The notes beneath the pieces were generated by a model, which did no database searches, had not been told where the DNA came from, and worked only from the letters and a program-made list of their open reading frames with translations. Positions 7,901 to 16,580 of a DNA stretch of 25,204 nt are shown in pieces. The DNA is from an uncultured Dehalococcoidaceae bacterium (GTDB taxonomy: Bacteria; Chloroflexota; Dehalococcoidia; Dehalococcoidales; RBG-16-60-22), in assembly GCA_964467135.1 (NCBI GenBank), contig CAYXOZ010000005.1, positions 1 to 25,204 on the forward strand, in the 5' to 3' direction. Within the stretch, counting starts at the first letter, position 1, and every line of letters starts with the position of its first letter. A program made the translations under genes and the position numbers.

Positions 7901-10900
7901 GGCACCGCCCGGTGCAACAGTAACGACATCCGTTAACGTGCAGTCGGTGGGGGCGTCCTCGTCCAACGTGACCCTCCGCGTCGAAGGCCCCCCGATAATC
8001 GAATGGCGTTTTGACGGCGGGGAGTGGGGAGCGCCTAAAACCGTCTCCCCGCCCATCGGCGCTTCCCTGGTATCCTCGCTGGAAATCCGGCCCAAGCCGG
8101 TGGCTCCCATGGGGCACTACTCGCTCGCGGTCAAAGCCGCCGCTGGCCAGCAAACAGAGATGCGTAACCTCGAGCTGGACATTGGCGCTTCCGCCGGATT
8201 TGACATGCCGATATTCTCGCTTAATCCCAATTCAGGTACGGCGGGCACTAACGTGTCCTTCAGCGGCTCGAACTTCCCGCCGGAAGCTAATATCACGGGA
8301 CTAACCTTCGGTGGGGCTAACATCACCCTCGGGCAAACGATTACCACCTCGGCGCAGCGCGCCTTTTCTGGCTCCTTCACCGTTCCCGCTACGCTGGGCG
8401 GTCAAGCCATCTCCCCGGGAACGTATGGCGTCAGGGTATACGTAGGCCAGGTTCAGGCGGAGACGCAGTTCTACGTTTACGGCGCCGATGATACCTTTAT
8501 GCTATCCTTATCTCCCAGTTATTTACAGGGCAGTCCCGGCATCCAGGTGCGTACATCCGGCCTGCTTAAAGCTTTAGCCGGCGCCGCCCCGACCGTTAAG
8601 ATGACGGTCAAGGGTCTGCCGCCTGGCGTGGAAACCGCCTGGAACGAAATCGTTCAACCCGTCTTTACCCTCGCCACACCGCCGGGAGGACAGAACAACT
8701 TCCAGCTGGGGCTGGTATTGCCCAACATGATACCGATGGGCATGTACCCGGCCGTCCTCGAAGGCTGGGTGGATACTAATGCGAACAACGTCTGGGACGC
8801 TAACGAAAAAATCAGTCGCGTCAATCTTGAGCTTTCGATTATGCCGCCCCAGGGCTATAACATGGGCATGCTTTCGCTCAATCCCAGCTTCGGCAGGGTG
8901 GGCGATACCATCACCTTCAGCGGCTCCGGGTTCGCCCGGAACACCGCGATTACCAGTTTGACCTTCGCCGGTAATAACATACTCATGGCGGATATCACTA
9001 CCTCCGATGACGACTCCGGCTCGTTCTCCGGGGTCTTCACCGTGCCCACCATGGGACCCGGCCGTTATCCGGTCGACGTCGTGGTAGGCGACCGCCGGGG
9101 CGGCTTTGAGTTCCAGATAGTCTCCGGCGACCAGAAGTTCAGCGTCAACGCCTCGCCGGGCTGGCTGGCGCGGCCGGCGGGAAATACCGGCAACGTCAAT
9201 ATCCAGGTAAGGTCTCTCGTCGCCACTCCGCCCAGTCCCTCCGTGGTCCTGCGGATAGAAGGACTGCCGATGGGTGTCACGCCGAGCTTCACTACCGCCA
9301 ACGTGACCCCGCCCGTCGGCGCGATGGAAAGTCGTGACCTTCAACTGACGATATCGAGCGGCTGCCCGATGGGCAACTATCCGATATCCGTCCGCGCCTA
9401 TAACGCCGCCAATCCCTCCGAGGAAATCTGGACGAACTTTACCCTCGAGGTAACGCCCTCCGCCGGTTTCATGGATATGGGCATGGCGATGGTCACCATA
9501 TCGCCCACTTTCGGTTCTGCCGGCGACCAGATAACGGTCAGCGGCTACGGCTTCCCCAAGAGCCAGAGCCTGACCTCCATACGACTCGGCCCGCAGAACA
9601 TCACCCCCGGCGTGGCTACTACCACCGATGACACCGGCGCTTTTTCCGCGGTAATTACCGTGCCATCCCTGCCTTCCGGGATGCACCCGCTGGAAGTCAA
9701 CGTACAGAACACCATCAGGAATCTGCCTTTCAATATCATGGGAGCGAGCGACACGTTCTCGCTGGAAGTCAGCCCCAACTGGCTGCAGCCTATACCTGCC
9801 GGCGACCCCAACGGACGCCAGATTGCCATCAGCGTTAACGCGCTACCCGGCAAGACGACCGCCGTCACTCTGAGGACGGAAGGGCTCTTCGCGGCTTACG
9901 GCACCATCACCGAGGTCTGGAACCCGACCTCGAAGTCGGTCAGCATTACCGATACGGGCGGCGCCGCCACGGCTACTCTGATACTAATCGCCTCGGAAAA
10001 CCTGCCGCCCGGCCCCTACCCCTTTAATATCGTGGCTATCGACGGCAGCAATAACCGGCGCGATTTCCATATGGAGTTCATGGTAGGCCCGCCGGCCGGC
10101 TTCATGAACAACGACTGGATGCAGCAGCAGGGCGTCTTCTTCCCGGAGATATTCCTATCACCCAAGAGCGGGTCGGTCGGCACGCAGGTGACGTTCACCG
10201 GCACTAACCTGCCCGCGGGCGCCAGCATTACCGCTATTAACTTCGCCGGTAACACGGTGCCGCTCCCCGCCGGCGGCCTCACGGCGGATGACACCGGCAG
10301 CCTTTCCGGCTCGTTCATCGTCAGCGAGGCCTGGAACCTGCCCGCCGGCGGCATGTACTGGGTGGACTTCCGACTGCAAAAGGACACCTGGTGGCAGAAC
10401 ATCGGCAAGGACTTTAACCTGATGCGGGCGGACGCCGCCTTCAGCCTGGAAGCCACGCCCAACTTTATACCGCCGATACAACCGGGGGGCAACGGGCAGA
10501 CAAAAATCAACGTTAAAGCCCTCGGCTATAACAGCGCCAACGTCTCGCTGGCGGTCATGGAGAGCCTGAACGGGTGGGGTATCCCGGGCGGGGTGCAGTT
10601 ACACTGGAACGCCGTCGACGGACCCGCCACGACCATCGCTAACGTCCCGGGCGGCGGCCAGACGGCGAAAGACTTTTACCTGGTCGCTTCCAACCCCGGC
10701 CATTACATGATAAACATCGTGGGCTGGATTGACAGCAACGCCAACCAGCTCCTCGAAAAGAACATACCTTCGGAAGCGCAATCCGAGTTCGGCATACCTT
10801 TGAACTTCGACGTCGCGCCGCCCGAGGGATTCCAGAACTGGAACATGGACACGATGATGGACCAGATGGACATGTCCAGTGACGATAAATACCTCTTTTA

Positions 10901-13900
10901 TTTCCCGGAGATTGTCCTGAACCCCGGTATGGGGCAGGCGGACACTAAAGTGAATATCAATGCCTCTGACTTCCCCGCTAACGCCGTGGTAACAAGCCTC
11001 CGCTTCGCCGGAACTAATCTACCCGTTCCCGCCGGCACCGCCGCGGACAGCAACGGGGACTTTTCGCTTGTCTTTAACGTCCCCAAGACCATGTGGAGCG
11101 CCAATATCACCGCCGGCTGGTACGACGTCGAGTTGGCGGCCGCCAAAGCCGGCGAGCCGGAAGTGCGCATCAGGAAGCCCTTCCAGGTGACCGATGCCAA
11201 CGTCGCCTTCACCCTCTGGGCCGAGCCCAACTGGCTGCCGCCGATTCCTCCCGGCGGCAGCGGCTCGGCGCTCATCCGCGTGAAGTCAATGGGCGTGGCC
11301 GCCAACGTAACGCTCTCGATGGATAAAATCCCGCCGGGTGTCACCACTACCTTCTCCGACGCGACGCTTGAGCTTAGCCCGGGCGGCTCGGAGAGCGCGA
11401 CCCTTACCCTGTCCCCGACGAACATCCCGCCGGGGCATTACGGCGCGGAAATCCGGGGCGCCGCTACCATCGGCGGGACCCCCAAGACCTTCTATACGCA
11501 TATCGAGTTCGAGGTGCAGCCGTCCACGATGTTTAAAGACACCGACTGGATGCAGCAGCAGGGTATCTGGTTCCCGGAAATAACCCTTAACCCCACCGCG
11601 GGACCGGTCAAGACCAAGGTAACGGTAAAAGCCACCGACTTCCCCGCCGGCGCTAACATCACCAACCTGCGTTTCGCCGGCAGGGAGCTCCCCATACCGG
11701 TTGGCACCGCCGCCAATAACGACGGCGACGCCGACCTTATCTTCAACGTGCCCGACGGCTACGGGGTCGGCCAGTACATGGTCGAAGTGGTCGCCACATC
11801 CGGCGCGCAGCCGGTGTTCATCGCCAAGCCCTTCTTCATCGAGGATGCCAACGTCACCTTCAAGCTCAACGTCGTGCCGGGCTTCATCGCCGGCGTGACG
11901 CAGGGCAGCTCGGGCAATACGACCATCTTTATTGAGTCGACCGGCCAGGCCCTGACCGTGCAGCTATACGTGGACGGGCTGCCGCCGGGCGTTATCGGAC
12001 TGTTTGAAAGCCAGAGCGTCAACGTGCCGCCGGGCGGCTCGAGCAACACCCGGCTGACCATCACCACCCGCGCTTCGACCGGTCCGGGCATGTACCCCCT
12101 GACCATACGGGGCGTCAGCGGCAGCTCTACCAGGACAGTACCTTTCGGCTTCGGCGTCATGCCGCCGGCCAGCTTCAACATGCCCAAGTTCACCCTCGAC
12201 CCCGACTACGCCCCCGCCGGCTACGACAATAAACAGTACAAGATAGCCTTCTCCGGGACCGGGTTCCCGGCCAGCCAGAGCGTCAGCAGTATCACCTTCG
12301 GCGCGCAGTCGGTTGCTATTCCGGCTAACCTGGCTACCGACGCCAACGGCAATTTCAGCGGCGTCTTCCAGATGCCCATCGGTCTGACCCCCGGCACCTA
12401 CGACGTCCGCATCGCCGTCGCCGACGGCCACGGAGGTTTTATCTATGACGCGCGGCCGTTCTCCATCAGGGGCTCTCAATCTAAATTCATGCTCAAAGCA
12501 TCGCCGCCTTACCTGCCGCCGGTGCTCCAGGGCGGACAGGGCACGACCATGATCACCGCCCAGTCCGTGGGCACTGTCGCGGCTAACGTTACCCTCTCCG
12601 TCGATGGTTTAGCGCCGGGTATCACGGCTGTCTTTACGCCGGGCAGCACTGTGACCGTTACCCCCGGCACCTCCAGCAGCGCCACGCTGACTCTTAACGT
12701 CAGCGCCAGCACGCCGCCCGGTCCTTATCCCCTGAGCATACGCGGCATCAGCGGCAGTGAAATGATAGTGATACCGCTCGGCTTCAGCGTCATGTCCAAT
12801 ATCGGCGGCGGAGGCGGTTACGCCTCCATTACCATCAATCCGCCTCAGGCCAGGCCCGGCGAGCATATCGGCGTATCCGGCGCCGGCTTTACCAGCGGCG
12901 CCACTATCACCCTGACGGCGGCGCCACCCGGCGCGGCCACCCCGATTAACATCACACCCGGGACGATACAGGTACTGAGCGACGGCACCTGGGCCACGGA
13001 AATCACCGTGCCTCCGGCCGCGCAGGTACCGCCCGGCTCTTATATCATTAAAGCCAGCGACGGCACCCTTGCCGCCAGGTGCCCGTTCAACATCGTCCCG
13101 GCCACCGGCGCCGACTTCTTCCTTACCGTCTCGCCGCAGTCCATCCAGGTGGTCAGGGGCCAGAACGCTAACACCACCATCAAGTTGACCTCCAAGAACG
13201 GGTTCAACCAGGTTATCCAGTTCAGCGTTGGTTTCCTGGCTCCCGGCGTCACCGCTACTTTCCGGGACGCCGCCGGTAATATCATCGGCCAGTACCAGGG
13301 CTCCCCGGGCGGCGTTCGGCAGACCATCGCGCCGGTAGCCCTGACCCCGGTGCCCGGTGAAGAACTGGTGGTCATCACCAACATCGCCGTGGATATAGCG
13401 ACACCGTTAGGTCCTTACGATATTCCGCTCGAGGTCAAGACCAGCACTATCGCCCGGGCAGTGCCGTTAGGTCTCATGGTAGTTTCCACCGGCGCCAACT
13501 TGAACCTATCGCCTTCAAGCGGGCCGGCGGACACCAATATCAGTCTCTCCGGTTCGGGCTTTACCGCCGGTGAGACCATCACCGCAAAATTCGCCGGCAA
13601 TAATATCACCACGGTGCCCGGCACCGTCACAGCGGGGCAGGACGGCACCTTTACCGCCGTTATCAGCGCTCCGGCGATGAACCCCGGTATCTACGCGGTC
13701 AGAGTCACCGGAGGCACCAGCGGCATCGTTATCGATAGACCGTTTAGTCTACAGCCATCCGCGGTTGATTCTTTCATCCTCTATACCAATCCGATGAAAG
13801 TCGATATCCCCAGGGGCGGCTCCGGCACGGCTATCATCAAGATTGAGCCGCTGGGCGGCTTACAGTCCTCGGTCGTCCTCAGCGTCACCGGGCTCAACGC

Positions 13901-15920
13901 CGTCAGCGGCGCCACCTCCACCATCCTGCCGGCGTCAACGATAACACCGAGTATCGCCACGCCGACCACCGCCACGCTGACCATCAACGTCCCGGCGGGC
14001 GCCACGGCGGGGAGATACCCGCTGACCGTCACTGCCACCAATGGCGCCATCACCCAGACGCGGAGCATCACCCTTAATATAGTGCCCCCGGCTAATACGC
14101 CTGATTTCGCTATCAGCCTTGCCCCCAATACCATCCCTATCAATCCAAGTTCGAGCGCCAACACCACGGTAACGGTAACCGCCTTTAACGGCTTCAGCGG
14201 CACCGTCGCCCTGGCCGTGGCCATGGCCGATGCGAGCGCCTTGCCGGCCAGCATCACCTATACCGCGGGGTCGGTAACGGCTTCCGCCAACACCGGTCTG
14301 GGCAAACAGACGGTCGTCTTTAATGCGAACGCCAGCGCCCTGCCGGGCACCTGGACATTCAGGATAACCGGCACCAGCGGCGCCCTGACCCACAGCACGG
14401 ACGTCATGGTCATCTCGACACCCTCCGGGACAACGGTGACCACCTACGCCTCGCCGCTCCTCGACCCGAGCACCGTTACCTCGAGCACGCCGATTGATAT
14501 GACGGCCCCCTGGGGCGACGTCATCACCATCAACGGCATCATCAACGACGGCGGCGAAGCTGGTACCATTACCCCGTCTAACATCGATGTGCTGCCGGAT
14601 ACCCTGGCCGATCTTCCGGAAGGCGCCACCGACATGCTGGGCAGGGTAACCAATATCGATTCCAGCGTTCCCGTCGACGGGGTGGACTGGGACATCGGCT
14701 TCCCGTTTGACCCCGCCGACCTTGAGGCCGCCGGCCTCGCGGAAGAAAACCTGAAGGTAGCCTACCTCGACCCCGATACGGGGGAGTGGACGGAGGTGAC
14801 CACCACCGTCGATACCGACGCTAATATGGCCTACGCCTCGCCGGAGCACTTCAGCTCCTGGACGCTGCTCGCCACGACCAACCCGCCCCCGTCCCGGGTC
14901 GTTAATACCGGCGGTGGCGGCGGAGGCGGCGGCGCGACCGGCGTCACCTCGGTGTCTACCTCCGTCACCGGCAGCGGCAAGTTCGTCGTCGAGGTCACGG
15001 CGGAGTCAGCCGACGGCAAAGTGGAGATAACCATACCGAAAGACACTGTCGGCAAGAACAGCGTGGGCCAACGCTTGAGCTTCATCTCCATCAAACCGCA
15101 GGCCAATGCCCCCGCTCCTCCCGCCGATGCCAAAATCATCGGACTCGTTTACGATATCGGCCCCGGCGGCTCTACCTTCAACCCGGCCATATACGTCAAG
15201 TTCGACTATCAGGAATCGTCTCTACCCGCCGGTATAGTCGAGGAGGACCTGGTGATAGCCACCTTCCAGGACGGAAAATGGGTTAACCTTGCGGGCGGTG
15301 TCGTCGACAAGGCGAAAAATACGATTACCGCACCGGTGAACCATTTCTCGTCATTCACCGTCATGGCGCCGACGGCCGTAGCCCGTTTCAGCATCACCGG
15401 CCTTAAAGTAGCGCCGTCCGTGAGCTCTCCCAACGACCCTGTTACCGTCATCGCCACCGTTGCCAATACCGGTGAGCTCTCCGGCGACTACGAGGTCATC
15501 CTGACCATAAACGAGAGCGTGGCAGTTACGGAAAAAATCACGCTGGCCGCCCATACCAGCCAGGATGTCGATTTTACCATCGCCCCGAATAAAGTCGGGA
15601 CCTATGCCATCGATGTCAACGGCATGACCGCCACGCTGACCGTCAGGGAAGAAACAGCCGGCGCGGACGAGGTGCCGTCCGCCGGGGGTGAAACACCCGG
15701 AGAAATGGCGCCTGCCCCGGCTGAGGAGCCGTCCGCCGCAGAAACATTGCCTCCCGGAGTACAAGAGGAACCCCAGGCAACGACGGTGCCCGCTCTCTCG
15801 GAGCCGGAAACCGGTGAGTTCCCGATGTTCATGATATGGATTATCATCGGCATCATCGCCTTGAGTGCCGGTATCGGCATATCCGTCCGGCGGATACGCT
15901 CCAGCAGCAAGAATTCCTGA
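4905..15920 (+). CDS. Giant (3671 aa) secreted, C-terminally membrane-anchored multi-Ig-domain surface protein (putative adhesin)
   Basis: AGGAGGT RBS; signal peptide ending PALA|EG; N-terminal FN3-like domain; about 28 repeated beta-sandwich units; two HFS-ending domains; a CARDB-like domain; a Pro/Glu/Ala/Thr-rich stalk; a hydrophobic helix (about 15822-15887) followed by RRIR. Confidence 0.9.
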   Translation: MSRFEKSTMSLIFRYLRILIAAVFLIGFLPAPALAEGTPPANITDLAAGSPTHNSIALNWTAPTDDGLATQYEIRYATTVIGNENAWNSAQPAQNVPPPHTAGTPESFVVPNLSANTTYFFAVKTRDDEDLLSGLSNSPSATTLLSPTFSITHSQNRYSFMLAAGANITETFNVTSLNNFTGTINLGFGGPPEIANNSSVTPNQVTLSPGQTQAVALNIRAGAMAPSGSYQCGLNGNAPGQQKSAFFTVIIGVPGQPLLSASPPVVGPGGQSNIFAAQFPGAADITLKWDSGPNAGQTITSGQTTAEGTWNTLLSIPPQVPGGIFILKAISGQASATCQITITSGAGPDYLLSASPQFVSITPGHSANVTIYVQSISGFNSTVTLNAGTAPGVTRSFSPTSVTPASGDTASAILTISVADWASPSMYQLNIEGTCASPPINKFTNINLDIQPQANWGPGISLSQSYARAGDMITVSGANFPPATQGQVVTIKEVFSNTTLPTNPASITVNGGSFTGTFTIPSGIPSGNYRIKAIVQSTGDFAERDFQILGTSETFTLGVSPQSMSVMTEQDHNTAIVSVNIFSVGGSSATVNLALEGVPGWLTYRFGALADNTPATDANAVSVPAGGSTSVDLQLTASLTAPTGSYPVTIKGWITASPEQRVSLQLMIQPPSGFGMAEFTLSPTFGESGRTVTFSGSGFTDCTPNEVRALNFGGIDILATQSLPTITVPASGESAGRFSGTFRVPAALAPGTYPVDIRVGDSPSKFIGKSFTITGGSDTFVLQASPSFLFVPQGGHITTMIQVQATGSTSPTVALSLEGYPANDIGSLLNPNSVTAPPGGVATSELTLTAQPWLPAGHYTITVKGISGAEVHRIPLEMDVAPPAGMNMASIYLSPTSGYASTWVTISGSGFQANSSVTHLYLGPPTVDNDWAGRLPPIVTNESGAFTAVLQIPSVLPSGMYMIEAVTGNPPNDRRASAQFTVFGNGASFSFNLSPNMIQAPPGATVTTSVNVQSVGASSSNVTLRVEGPPIIEWRFDGGEWGAPKTVSPPIGASLVSSLEIRPKPVAPMGHYSLAVKAAAGQQTEMRNLELDIGASAGFDMPIFSLNPNSGTAGTNVSFSGSNFPPEANITGLTFGGANITLGQTITTSAQRAFSGSFTVPATLGGQAISPGTYGVRVYVGQVQAETQFYVYGADDTFMLSLSPSYLQGSPGIQVRTSGLLKALAGAAPTVKMTVKGLPPGVETAWNEIVQPVFTLATPPGGQNNFQLGLVLPNMIPMGMYPAVLEGWVDTNANNVWDANEKISRVNLELSIMPPQGYNMGMLSLNPSFGRVGDTITFSGSGFARNTAITSLTFAGNNILMADITTSDDDSGSFSGVFTVPTMGPGRYPVDVVVGDRRGGFEFQIVSGDQKFSVNASPGWLARPAGNTGNVNIQVRSLVATPPSPSVVLRIEGLPMGVTPSFTTANVTPPVGAMESRDLQLTISSGCPMGNYPISVRAYNAANPSEEIWTNFTLEVTPSAGFMDMGMAMVTISPTFGSAGDQITVSGYGFPKSQSLTSIRLGPQNITPGVATTTDDTGAFSAVITVPSLPSGMHPLEVNVQNTIRNLPFNIMGASDTFSLEVSPNWLQPIPAGDPNGRQIAISVNALPGKTTAVTLRTEGLFAAYGTITEVWNPTSKSVSITDTGGAATATLILIASENLPPGPYPFNIVAIDGSNNRRDFHMEFMVGPPAGFMNNDWMQQQGVFFPEIFLSPKSGSVGTQVTFTGTNLPAGASITAINFAGNTVPLPAGGLTADDTGSLSGSFIVSEAWNLPAGGMYWVDFRLQKDTWWQNIGKDFNLMRADAAFSLEATPNFIPPIQPGGNGQTKINVKALGYNSANVSLAVMESLNGWGIPGGVQLHWNAVDGPATTIANVPGGGQTAKDFYLVASNPGHYMINIVGWIDSNANQLLEKNIPSEAQSEFGIPLNFDVAPPEGFQNWNMDTMMDQMDMSSDDKYLFYFPEIVLNPGMGQADTKVNINASDFPANAVVTSLRFAGTNLPVPAGTAADSNGDFSLVFNVPKTMWSANITAGWYDVELAAAKAGEPEVRIRKPFQVTDANVAFTLWAEPNWLPPIPPGGSGSALIRVKSMGVAANVTLSMDKIPPGVTTTFSDATLELSPGGSESATLTLSPTNIPPGHYGAEIRGAATIGGTPKTFYTHIEFEVQPSTMFKDTDWMQQQGIWFPEITLNPTAGPVKTKVTVKATDFPAGANITNLRFAGRELPIPVGTAANNDGDADLIFNVPDGYGVGQYMVEVVATSGAQPVFIAKPFFIEDANVTFKLNVVPGFIAGVTQGSSGNTTIFIESTGQALTVQLYVDGLPPGVIGLFESQSVNVPPGGSSNTRLTITTRASTGPGMYPLTIRGVSGSSTRTVPFGFGVMPPASFNMPKFTLDPDYAPAGYDNKQYKIAFSGTGFPASQSVSSITFGAQSVAIPANLATDANGNFSGVFQMPIGLTPGTYDVRIAVADGHGGFIYDARPFSIRGSQSKFMLKASPPYLPPVLQGGQGTTMITAQSVGTVAANVTLSVDGLAPGITAVFTPGSTVTVTPGTSSSATLTLNVSASTPPGPYPLSIRGISGSEMIVIPLGFSVMSNIGGGGGYASITINPPQARPGEHIGVSGAGFTSGATITLTAAPPGAATPINITPGTIQVLSDGTWATEITVPPAAQVPPGSYIIKASDGTLAARCPFNIVPATGADFFLTVSPQSIQVVRGQNANTTIKLTSKNGFNQVIQFSVGFLAPGVTATFRDAAGNIIGQYQGSPGGVRQTIAPVALTPVPGEELVVITNIAVDIATPLGPYDIPLEVKTSTIARAVPLGLMVVSTGANLNLSPSSGPADTNISLSGSGFTAGETITAKFAGNNITTVPGTVTAGQDGTFTAVISAPAMNPGIYAVRVTGGTSGIVIDRPFSLQPSAVDSFILYTNPMKVDIPRGGSGTAIIKIEPLGGLQSSVVLSVTGLNAVSGATSTILPASTITPSIATPTTATLTINVPAGATAGRYPLTVTATNGAITQTRSITLNIVPPANTPDFAISLAPNTIPINPSSSANTTVTVTAFNGFSGTVALAVAMADASALPASITYTAGSVTASANTGLGKQTVVFNANASALPGTWTFRITGTSGALTHSTDVMVISTPSGTTVTTYASPLLDPSTVTSSTPIDMTAPWGDVITINGIINDGGEAGTITPSNIDVLPDTLADLPEGATDMLGRVTNIDSSVPVDGVDWDIGFPFDPADLEAAGLAEENLKVAYLDPDTGEWTEVTTTVDTDANMAYASPEHFSSWTLLATTNPPPSRVVNTGGGGGGGGATGVTSVSTSVTGSGKFVVEVTAESADGKVEITIPKDTVGKNSVGQRLSFISIKPQANAPAPPADAKIIGLVYDIGPGGSTFNPAIYVKFDYQESSLPAGIVEEDLVIATFQDGKWVNLAGGVVDKAKNTITAPVNHFSSFTVMAPTAVARFSITGLKVAPSVSSPNDPVTVIATVANTGELSGDYEVILTINESVAVTEKITLAAHTSQDVDFTIAPNKVGTYAIDVNGMTATLTVREETAGADEVPSAGGETPGEMAPAPAEEPSAAETLPPGVQEEPQATTVPALSEPETGEFPMFMIWIIIGIIALSAGIGISVRRIRSSSKNS
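5346..14420 (+). repeat. Intragenic protein-level tandem array: (A-B)x13 followed by A-A
   Basis: A units read F.L..sP.....G......v.s......V.L.v.GlPpGv...L.l.......G.Yp..v.g. B units read i.LsP..G..G..vt.sGsgF......l.F.G......td..G.Fsg.f.vP....G.Y.v.v. Counted by eye; boundaries approximate. Confidence 0.75.
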
Positions 15921-15938
15921 AACCTCCTCTTTTTCCAG

Positions 15939-15986
15939 ACAGGCTTCCCCCTCTCTCCAAAATCGGGGGAGGGGAAGCCTGTTTTC
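15939..15986 (+). terminator. Rho-independent terminator after the giant gene
   Basis: ACAGGCTTCCCC...GGGGAAGCCTGT is a 12-bp perfect stem, extendable with G-U pairs, followed by a T run, 18 nt after the stop. Confidence 0.75.
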
Positions 15987-16084
15987 GGGGAGTCACCGAA
16001 GCCTCACACCGTCCACCCTGGCACTCACATTATTGCGCGCCTCCCGCCCTTGAACCGCCGGATAATATCAAGCGCTGAAATCGG

Positions 16085-16150
16085 TTGTGATATTCCTGTT
16101 AGGTTCTGCCAGCAGCCTGTGACAATATCGTGAGGCGATTTTTATATACT
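16085..16150 (+). promoter_or_regulatory. Promoter module 2: two 7-4-7 direct-repeat boxes plus -10
   Basis: TTGTGAT-ATTC-CTGTTAG (16085-16102), CTGTGAC-AATA-TCGTGAG (16117-16134), 10 nt, TATACT (16145-16150). Offsets (+32, +60) are identical to module 1. Confidence 0.65.
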
Positions 16151-16239
16151 TCAAACGTAGCAAACACCGCTAGCACCAGATATAACAATTCTTATTATTT
16201 ACTCACTGGCAGCCCGGTAACGCCGGTATGGAGGTAAGC

Positions 16240-16467
16240 TTGCCTAAAGCGCAGGAACAGTGGACCCCGGAGTTCATCTCCGTGGGCTTTATCGCCAAAC
16301 GCTGCGGCGTCAGCAATACCACCGTATTGCGCTGGATTAATACCCGCCAACTGCCGGCTTTTAAGCTTCCCGGCGGCCATTTCCGTATAGAGAGGACCGA
16401 ATTTTCCCGGTTCCTGGATAGACATCACATGCCGGTACGGGCCACGCGACTGGAAAAAACTCCGTAG
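16240..16467 (+). CDS. Second stand-alone excisionase/BldC-like HTH protein (paralogue of 4596-4814)
   Basis: ISVGFIAKRCGVSNTTVLRWINTRQLPAFKLPGGHFRI...FSRFLDRHHMP. TTG 16240 is preferred because GGAGG (16230-16234) lies 5 nt upstream; the in-frame ATG at 16228 lacks an RBS. Confidence 0.85.
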   Translation: MPKAQEQWTPEFISVGFIAKRCGVSNTTVLRWINTRQLPAFKLPGGHFRIERTEFSRFLDRHHMPVRATRLEKTP

Positions 16468-16580
16468 TGATTCTGAGACGATTAATATGCATATAGCCGA
16501 CAAAAACGGGCAAAAGGGATTAACACTATGTAACGGAACGGTCCGTGTTACTCAGGAATAAACACTACGGGAGGTAAGAA

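Noticed and set aside
8574-9686. 370-aa minus-strand ORF, and similar ones such as 13935-14849
   Set aside because: Antisense shadows of the GC-rich giant gene; low-complexity R/G/H-rich translations with no RBS or recognisable motif.
15945-15975. REP-like CCCCTCTC...GGGGAGGGG palindrome
   Set aside because: Single copy in the window and fully explained as the terminator stem.
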